Shown here piece after piece: positions 58,101 to 64,000 of a stretch of DNA of 64,000 nucleotides. The stretch covers positions 25,206 through 89,205 of the forward strand of contig JBIKUX010000006.1 of the NCBI GenBank assembly GCA_044347345.1, in the 5' to 3' direction. Under the pieces are notes generated by a model, which was given only the letters and a program-made list of their open reading frames with translations, was not told the DNA's origin and searched no databases. Each line of letters begins with the position of its first letter. Position 1 is the first letter of the stretch. The translations under genes were made by a program, and so were the position numbers. The DNA comes from Bdellovibrionota bacterium (lineage in GTDB: Bacteria > Bdellovibrionota_C > UBA2361 > JBIKUX01).

Positions 58101-58410
58101 CAGACTCCATTTCTGCGGGAAGACCGTGGCAGTCCCATCCGAAACGGCGCTCTACCCTCAACCCTTTCATTGCTTGGTATCTCGGGATGGTATCTTTTAT
58201 AAATCCAGTCAAAAGATGACCGTAGTGAGGAAGTCCGTTGGCAAACGGGGGACCGTCGTAAAAAACGAATTCACCACCATTTTTGGTTGTGATACTTTCT
58301 GAGAAAATGCTCTCTACCTTCCAGTAATCGAGTACTTCTTCTTCTATTTTTGGATAATTGGGCTCTCTCGACAAAGGGGCATAACAAAAGGTGGGCTTAG
58401 TCGGATCCAT
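55141..58410 (-). CDS. ileS: Isoleucyl-tRNA synthetase, type 2 (eukaryote-like)
   Basis: HIGH motif PPFANGLPHYGH. KMSKS variant KLSKRL. 1089 aa. Confidence 0.9.
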   Translation of the reverse strand: MDPTKPTFCYAPLSREPNYPKIEEEVLDYWKVESIFSESITTKNGGEFVFYDGPPFANGLPHYGHLLTGFIKDTIPRYQAMKGLRVERRFGWDCHGLPAEMESERELGISGQRAIIDFGIDKFNAHCRDSVLRYTKEWETFVTRQARWVDFKNDYKTMDISYMESVLWAFKRLWSKGLVTEGHRVMPYSWAVESPLSNFETRLDNAFRQRQDPALTVRFTLTPNPNDPGPLDILAWTTTPWTLPSNLALAVGEDIDYAIYSLKDRFVILANASVERYQSELDGGKNVGNITGKDLINRKYEPLFPFFANVKPAFTILSGNFVTTTDGTGVVHCAPGFGEDDFDLCKANGIPIICPVDSQGRFTAEVSPYHNIQVFDSNKLIIKHLKAENKVVRHETYLHNYPHCWRTDTPLIYKAVSSWFVKVSEFKDRMVELNQTINWIPSHIRDGQFGKWLENARDWSISRTRFWGTPLPVWKSDNLSYPRTDVYGSIAELERDFGAHITDLHRPAIDQLIRANPDDPTGQSMMRRVPEVFDCWFESGSMPFAQMHYPFENKEWFEQHFPADFIVEYVAQTRGWFYTLMVLGTALFDKPPFKTCMCHGVVLDEEGKKLSKRLRNYPSPDEVFDKLGADALRWFLISSPIIKGSDLLIDREGKGIAEIVRTVLNPLWNAAYFFTLYANTDRVTANHDHAQDTLAGRVPPNYNDSLSQIDEYILAKLRILIEETDVALTNYDIPKACEEIKNFLDVLTNWYIRRSRERFWESGISEKKQVAYETLFLTLIGLCRVIAPILPLLSEHLYRTLTGRKSVHLEAWPLATSLPNNKNLITAMDLTREVCSAGLSIRESKGLRTRLPLEKVILAGKSADQLAVFTSLIAEELNVKSVVLEESFSAFAEEQLQLNSRVLGPRLGNEMKNLIASSKTGNWYRTNDGQVICNGIKLDPCEYTIRLVPKGSDKSDVNQICVASISQDNNSLIIALSVSVTPELEKEGVARDLVRHIQQARKDANLIISDKIDLMVFVEDTRDSEIIKQFSDYISAQTLAASISIKEVREHNLNSMTEDSLKNKKGEIIVNLSNQSERKISFIFSKVNK

Positions 58411-58911
58411 TGAAAAAACTTCAAACTTTTACCTTCCTATACGATAAGCCGTTTGCCCTTAAAAGTCCATCAACGGAAGAAAGTTTGGTGCACCCCACCT
58501 TTGACGTTCTCAGTTTGAAGGTTTGAAAAAAAAGTTTGGTGTGGGAGGAGAGATGAAAGTAGAGGAGGAGAATAGTGAGAGGAGGAGAATAAAGAATAGT
58601 GCATACCATTTTGTAAACGGTCAAAAACGGTCAAAATAAAAATTATATTACCCATAATTAGGGCTAACTTTGATCAATCAGCTAGTCATTACAGATATGT
58701 TGGCACCAATACTTTAAACTCCAATGCTGCTTAGCTTAGAGTGCTCATAATGAATTGCATGGAGAAGTAATTACTCAAAAATCGAAACAGAGAAAGCAGT
58801 TATAGAGAAAGTAAAACACCAATTATTAAAATGTCTTGAGTTTACTCGTGTGAAATTTAAATAATTTTTGCGTTATTTTGTATTAGCAAATGGAAAGTAA
58901 AGGTCTGGCCA

Positions 58912-59907
58912 TTAAAAACAACAGCCATGCTTTGGGGGGAGCCAAGGGATAAAAGTCCCATCAGGCCACTGAGTATCTTTGAACCCTGCCTTAGCTCGCT
59001 CATAAGCATCTCTACATAAAATAATAACATCTTTAAACATTCTTAGTAGTTCTAGTCGCCGCTTGGGATTTTTACAGATGAGAAATATTTTACGTTCTTT
59101 TTTCTTTGGGGTATGAGACTTCATGTAAGGTTGTTGTTTAAGAGCTTCAGGACTGAAAGTAGTTTGCTTTTTACTTTCTAATTGTCTTTTTATCTGCACT
59201 TCTTTTTCTCGTACTGCGGTAATTATTTCTCGTCTTATCAGCTCTATTTTATGAGGCTCTGTAATGCCAAATTGTTTGAGCCAAATAAATGGTTGAATAA
59301 CAAGTTCCTGCTCCACTTTGTGCAATGAAGAATTCATTTTTTGTAATAAATTCCTATCTGACTGCTCACTAAGAATTTTATTATCTGGAAGTTTTGGGAT
59401 GCTCTTAACAGGAAACCAACAAGTTTTAATGACAATCTTTGCATTGACATCGGCTTCACAGGTACAAAAAGCTTTCCAACTCGATAAACCGGGATACTGG
59501 TCGATAGTTTGACAGAGTCTAGCTGCTACTGGGTTACAAAAGATGTAAATTAGTCTGTCAATGGCATCTTGCAATTCTGCAAGCATAAGGAGGGATGCCC
59601 TACCTTCCCAGAGAAGTAAATTTTTGCGCCCAAGAAGAGCTTTGATAGATTCAGTTAACTTTTTCTGTGTTTCACCATAGAAATTTGTGATTTGATGAGG
59701 CTGCTTTGTTACTGCCATTATGTGAGCGTGGTTAGCCATCCAACAGAAGTTAGAGAGTTCGACTTTCTGATCGCGTTGAGCTCTAGCCATAACTCCTTGA
59801 ATAATTGCATTTGATGTTCGAGTTGGTGGTAGGGGCAGACCTTCTTTTGCCCTAACTACAATTTCGTATACCTGCTTATTTAGAATAATTCGTGGTGTTC
59901 TAGCCAT
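58912..59907 (-). mobile_element. HUH (IS200/IS605-like, Y1) transposase-related protein, possibly inactive or domesticated
   Basis: YEIVVRAKEG...NHAHIMAV resembles the IS200 TnpA beta-strand plus HUH motif. It is longer than TnpA (331 aa) and I could not locate the catalytic Tyr motif. Flanks are rich in short tandem repeats. Confidence 0.35.
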
Positions 59908-59981
59908 AATTATACTAACTCGCTTACTTGAGTAAAAAGTTGCTATAATAATTCAATTAGAAATAAGTTTTTAAAAAACTG

Positions 59982-60049
59982 AATTAGTAAAAGTGCAATT
60001 AGTAAAAGTGCCATGCACCAAAATATTAAGGCAGCACCAAAATATTAAG
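59982..60049 (+). repeat. Two perfect tandem 15-mers (aattagtaaaagtgc x2) followed by gcaccaaaatattaag x2, upstream of the antiporter gene and flanking the transposase-like gene
   Basis: Read directly from the sequence. Confidence 0.7.
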
Positions 60050-60061
60050 TAAAAAAGTACT

Positions 60062-61426
60062 ATGTACCAACAACACGTAGATCCTTTTGCTCCGATGCTG
60101 GTGACACTTAGCATCATAACTGTTGCGGCGGGGTTGGGTCGGCTTCTTGCGAATAAATTAGGTCAGGCACCTGTATTAGGAGAGCTATTAATCGGGGTGG
60201 CTCTGGGTCAATTTTTACTTGCGATGAATCACCCAGAAGGCTTGTTGATTATTCATTTTGATAAGGTGAGTGAGCTGTTAAACTACGCTGCTACCAACGG
60301 TAGTAGTCTAGCAACCGTAGCTTCAGAAATATTTTCAGAATATGAATTTTCAACCGGAATACCTCAAAAGTTAATTTCAATCTTATCTTCAAATGAAGGA
60401 ATGGCTTACCAAAAAGTAGTACAGGGTATTTGGATATTTTCTAATCTTGGCCTTATTCTGCTACTCTTCATGGTGGGACTTGAAAATACTCTCTCAGAGA
60501 TGGCGGCAGTTGGTGCTAGAGCAACCGTAGTAGCAATTGTGGGGATAGTGGTGCCATTTTTGCTCGGTCTGCTAGCTGGAAAAGTGTTTTTGCCAGACTA
60601 CAACTTTTCATCACACTTATTTCTAGCAGCTACATTGTGTGCAACTAGCGTGGGTATTACCGCAAGAGTATTTAAAGATATGGGGAGATCCGCAAGTGCT
60701 GAAGCCCGAATAATTCTCGGCGCCGCTGTTATTGATGACATACTAGGTTTAATAATATTGTCGCTGGTTGTAGGACTCGCAACCACTGGCATATTGGATA
60801 TAACTAATGTTTTCAAGATTTCAGTTCAAGCGGCTGTATACATTTTTATAACGATAGCATTTGGTGTTTATCTACTTCCAAAAGTTATTACTATTCTCGC
60901 ACCTTTCTTCCGACCTAAACCAAAAGTTTTATTCCCCCTGGCGATGTGTTTTTTATTTTCGTGGCTCGCGACAAAATTTGGCCTTGCTGCAATCGTGGGC
61001 GCCTTTGCTTCAGGATTAATATTGGCGGATTATCATTTTACTTCTTCTAGTGACGAGGATAATTTAGACGATCTTATTGCTCCCTTAGAATTACTTTTCG
61101 CTCCGATTTTCTTTGTGCTCATGGGTATGCAAGTAAATGTGGATGTATTACTTAGCCCACAAAATGTTTTATTAGCGTCAGCTCTTATCGTTGTAGCTGT
61201 TGTAGGCAAATTAATTAGCGGCATAGTGGCAGGGTCAGGATTAAACCGACTTGTTGTAGGAATTGGGATGATTCCAAGAGGAGAAGTAGGGCTTATATTT
61301 GCAAGTTTGGGCAAAACTATCGGTGTTGTTGATGATAAGGTCTTTTCTGCAATTGTATGCATGGTAATTGTAACAACGCTAATTACTCCACCTCTTTTGA
61401 AAGGAGTAATTCCAAAGGAAAGGTAA
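60062..61426 (+). CDS. Cation:proton antiporter (CPA family Na+/H+ or K+/H+ exchanger)
   Basis: About 12 predicted TM helices. Gly-rich transporter pattern. Confidence 0.75.
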   Translation: MYQQHVDPFAPMLVTLSIITVAAGLGRLLANKLGQAPVLGELLIGVALGQFLLAMNHPEGLLIIHFDKVSELLNYAATNGSSLATVASEIFSEYEFSTGIPQKLISILSSNEGMAYQKVVQGIWIFSNLGLILLLFMVGLENTLSEMAAVGARATVVAIVGIVVPFLLGLLAGKVFLPDYNFSSHLFLAATLCATSVGITARVFKDMGRSASAEARIILGAAVIDDILGLIILSLVVGLATTGILDITNVFKISVQAAVYIFITIAFGVYLLPKVITILAPFFRPKPKVLFPLAMCFLFSWLATKFGLAAIVGAFASGLILADYHFTSSSDEDNLDDLIAPLELLFAPIFFVLMGMQVNVDVLLSPQNVLLASALIVVAVVGKLISGIVAGSGLNRLVVGIGMIPRGEVGLIFASLGKTIGVVDDKVFSAIVCMVIVTTLITPPLLKGVIPKER

Positions 61427-61458
61427 AAGTTAAAAAATTGAAAAAGGTAATAACCATT

Positions 61459-61480
61459 GCAAAACCAGTTTTTGCTGAGC
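61459..61480. terminator. Possible bidirectional terminator between the convergent antiporter and methyltransferase genes
   Basis: gcaaaa-ccag-tttttgc hairpin. Weak. Confidence 0.2.
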
Positions 61481-61496
61481 TTAAAGTGACTTCTAC

Positions 61497-62255
61497 TTAC
61501 AAACATCGGTAAATATACAGGGTTGTATCATTTGATACCTTAACTTGGTTTAGTGATAAAGAGCTTGATACTGAATCAGGGAGCTTAAAAGAATTAATAA
61601 TTGCAGATGAGTTAGTTGCTAATTCATCTGCAATTTTTATGGCTAGTTGTTCACTTACTTCGGGAGAAAGAAAAGCATAAATATAGTTATAATTTGAGAG
61701 AGGTTCTTGCCACAGATTAGTCCATTTAATGGATACGTTTGGTACGAGCAAGCTGCGTAGCAATCCGTAAAAAGCAAGAATTGGGCTTACTTCAACTCCA
61801 ATAAATGTTCCGCGTGGAAACTTTTTGGCTAGTTGAAAAAGAACGCTCCCAAAACCACATCCGCAATCAATAAACCGAAATGCACAATCATTTGGAAGCA
61901 TTTGAGTAAGGTGCGTAATGACAGGTGGTGAAGTCGGATAAAACGGTACATCATTCCACCAGCTCGGTAAAAAAACACCGAGAAGTATGAATGCAATTAC
62001 ACCAAGAAATATGGGCGGAATATTAAAAGAAAATGTAATAAATAGACCCCAAGGGATAGCAGCATTTACAATTTGCCAAGGCAAAGTATCCCGAAACAAT
62101 CGAGATAGAAAGCCGCTTATAATTGAGTGAAGCGAGACTCTTTGAATAATAGAGAGTTGTGGTGCAACTGTGATTCCTAAAATAATAAGGCTTGATTGAA
62201 TAATAAATAGGTTTGCCAAAGGCCTAATGGTAGTGCGACTCTTAAATTTTGTCAT
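61497..62255 (-). CDS. Membrane-anchored class I SAM-dependent methyltransferase
   Basis: N-terminal TM helices. Motif I RFIDCGCGFGSVLFQLAKKF. Confidence 0.5.
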   Translation of the reverse strand: MTKFKSRTTIRPLANLFIIQSSLIILGITVAPQLSIIQRVSLHSIISGFLSRLFRDTLPWQIVNAAIPWGLFITFSFNIPPIFLGVIAFILLGVFLPSWWNDVPFYPTSPPVITHLTQMLPNDCAFRFIDCGCGFGSVLFQLAKKFPRGTFIGVEVSPILAFYGLLRSLLVPNVSIKWTNLWQEPLSNYNYIYAFLSPEVSEQLAIKIADELATNSSAIINSFKLPDSVSSSLSLNQVKVSNDTTLYIYRCL

Positions 62256-62326
62256 ACTAGCCTAAGGTATCACTTAGAATTGATACAGGCCATCAGTAAC
62301 AACATAAAGATTTTTGGATACAGACT

Positions 62327-63643
62327 GTGGCAATTTTGATTAATGGAGATGACTCATTACCAGATATTTCGCTCTCGAAAAGAATTGCGTTATTTTTGGG
62401 ACAGGAGTGGATAGATCCAGCGGGCTCATCTAGTTCTGTTGCGAGATTTCTCAGCGCTACAGAGCTAGCTGATATAGAGGTTAAATCAGTTTATTTTTTT
62501 GGGAGTTTTGTAACTGAAGATTCCTTATCTCTTAAATTTTCCTTAGATGTTGATTTGGTGTTGATTTGTGCTAGTGATGAAGAAGTTCCAGAAGCTCTGC
62601 AAGTTTTACGCTTTTTGCGTCTATCCGATGAAGAGCCAGTAGCATTAGCACTATATCGCTCTTTGTATCAAAAGACTAAGTTAGACGAAGAAGTGGTCAG
62701 TTCTCTTTTTCAAAAAGCAATTAGCTTTGATTTACTTAAATCACAAAGTATATGGCGCGGTATAAGAGCTAGTCTGAGGCATCGTGAACGTTTTACCGAA
62801 AGTAAGCGATTAATCCTTCGTCTATCAGAAGCACAGTTGCTACTTGAGGAAAAGAATAAGAGACTAGACAGCTTTAGTGCTACTGTTGCTCATGATCTAC
62901 GTTCTCCCCTTTGTACAATCTGTATGAGGCTAGATTTAGCGTTAGAAAAACTCGCCGATTCTATTCCGGAATCTATCCGTTCTCTTCTCGTAAGCTCGCT
63001 AAAAGCCGGAGAAAACCTAAGTGAAATGGTGCAGGGTATTTATGACTTTGCTAAGCTCGGGGCAAGTTCAGGTAAAGTTGAACTAGTAGTGCTAAATAAT
63101 TTAGTAGATGAAATCTTTGCTGATCTCAAAATGAGCAGCCCTACTAATGTAGTATTAAGCAGAGAGGATTTGCCCAACATTTGGGGATATCAAGTATCTA
63201 TAAGGCGATTACTGATGAATTTAGTCGCTAATGCTATTAAATATAATGAGTCTATACCACCGAGGGTAAGTGTAGGCTTGGGTCCCTCAATTACTCGGTC
63301 TATTGGATCTTTTGTCACTATAACAATTTCGGATAATGGGATTGGAATCCCTGAAGAGGAAGTTCCGTTTCTTTTTGATCTTGGTTTTCGAGGTAGAAAA
63401 AAAATCAAAATAGACGGTAATTCAAGAGACGGTATCGGCTTTGGTTTAGCAGTTGTCAGGCGTATAATTGACCAACATTTTGGAACTATTAATGTCCAGT
63501 CAAGAGTAGGCAGTAATATTGTTAACTCTGAGATCGTTAACTCTGATATAGTGCCTTTAAGTGGAACAGTGTTTACGTGTACGCTTCCAGCCACACCAGA
63601 CGTCTTTGATCAAAAAGTTAGCCTTACCTTCCCAACTACTTGA
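62327..63643 (+). CDS. Sensor histidine kinase, soluble (no TM), with uncharacterised N-terminal domain
   Basis: H-box ATVAHDLRSPL. N-box LVANAIKYN. G-boxes DNGIGIPEEE and GIGFGLAVV. Confidence 0.75.
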   Translation: MAILINGDDSLPDISLSKRIALFLGQEWIDPAGSSSSVARFLSATELADIEVKSVYFFGSFVTEDSLSLKFSLDVDLVLICASDEEVPEALQVLRFLRLSDEEPVALALYRSLYQKTKLDEEVVSSLFQKAISFDLLKSQSIWRGIRASLRHRERFTESKRLILRLSEAQLLLEEKNKRLDSFSATVAHDLRSPLCTICMRLDLALEKLADSIPESIRSLLVSSLKAGENLSEMVQGIYDFAKLGASSGKVELVVLNNLVDEIFADLKMSSPTNVVLSREDLPNIWGYQVSIRRLLMNLVANAIKYNESIPPRVSVGLGPSITRSIGSFVTITISDNGIGIPEEEVPFLFDLGFRGRKKIKIDGNSRDGIGFGLAVVRRIIDQHFGTINVQSRVGSNIVNSEIVNSDIVPLSGTVFTCTLPATPDVFDQKVSLTFPTT

Positions 63644-64000
63644 TAACTTTTATTTAATAATCATCGCAAAAAGTATCTGCCTCGTTATCTAACTAAATTA
63701 AGAACCGAATCACGTTATAAACTAAAGGCGTTCAAGTCATTGTTCCGAAGCTATTGATGCCTCACTCGGTGTAGTGCTGCCCTGCACTGCATTGAATATA
63801 GAACGACACAATTTACAGTGGATCTGTATGGTGACATCAGCTAATCCTTTTGAGCAACTTTCCCAAGCATTTGTTGAACTAGCTACGCCATTACTTGGGT
63901 CTACTAGTGTAATTAAAAATAACATTTTTTCCTCATCTTCGGTGTCTTACTTGCTTGCTCCGCTTAGAAATCGCATTAGTTGCGGAGAACAGTTAAGTGA

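Noticed and set aside
63737-63925. 62-aa minus-strand ORF near the window end
   Set aside because: Short and Cys-containing but has no motif or RBS evidence. Could be real, but unsupported.
1-64000. Search for tRNA, rRNA and CRISPR arrays
   Set aside because: No T-loop (GGTTCGAATCC-like) tRNA signatures in the intergenic regions. No rRNA-like conserved blocks. No regularly spaced direct repeats with spacers. Tandem repeats found are 2-4 copies and adjacent, not CRISPR-like.

Overview
The window is a gene-dense stretch of an AT-rich (judged by eye, not computed) Gram-negative bacterial chromosome, with nearly all ORFs having recognisable family signatures. I saw no rRNA, tRNA or CRISPR array.

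Main blocks, in order:
- folC (5'-truncated by the window edge), a polyprenyl synthase, an inositol-monophosphatase-family enzyme, trhO, a eukaryal/archaeal-type proS and bioB.
- At 10.3-15.8 kb, a co-directional orphan secretion module: a FliA-like sigma factor, a short SctJ/FliF-family ring lipoprotein, two unknown ORFs, a short FHIPEP export-gate protein (FlhA/SctV), a TPR lipoprotein and an acidic 104-aa ORF. No other flagellar or injectisome parts are in the window.
- An envelope and glycan region: HAD, YceI, three GT4 glycosyltransferases, an ABC-F ATPase, a TauE exporter and a Mip-like FKBP lipoprotein.
- A lipid A/Kdo unit on the minus strand: an lpxB-msbA fusion ORF, then waaA, then lpxK. 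Adjacent to it are a Braun-lipoprotein-like gene and a LysM-YkuD L,D-transpeptidase.
- A minor-pseudopilin operon (GspH/I/J/K-like, no major pseudopilin in the window), ribE and ppa.
- A leucine-catabolism cluster: isovaleryl-CoA dehydrogenase, MCCase beta subunit, a hydratase, HMG-CoA lyase and an acetoacetyl-CoA synthetase fused to a GT2 domain. No MCCase alpha subunit is present in the window.
- fadB, a type-2 ileS, a HUH-transposase-like gene with repeat-rich flanks, a cation/proton antiporter and a soluble histidine kinase.

The gene content mixes Chlamydiae-like traits (the flhA-fliA-like orphan module, short FliF, Mip lipoprotein, type-2 IleRS) with gammaproteobacterial-like traits (Lpp-like gene plus Ldt, liu cluster). 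I cannot assign the organism with confidence. All homology calls rest on motif recognition by eye, not on database searches.
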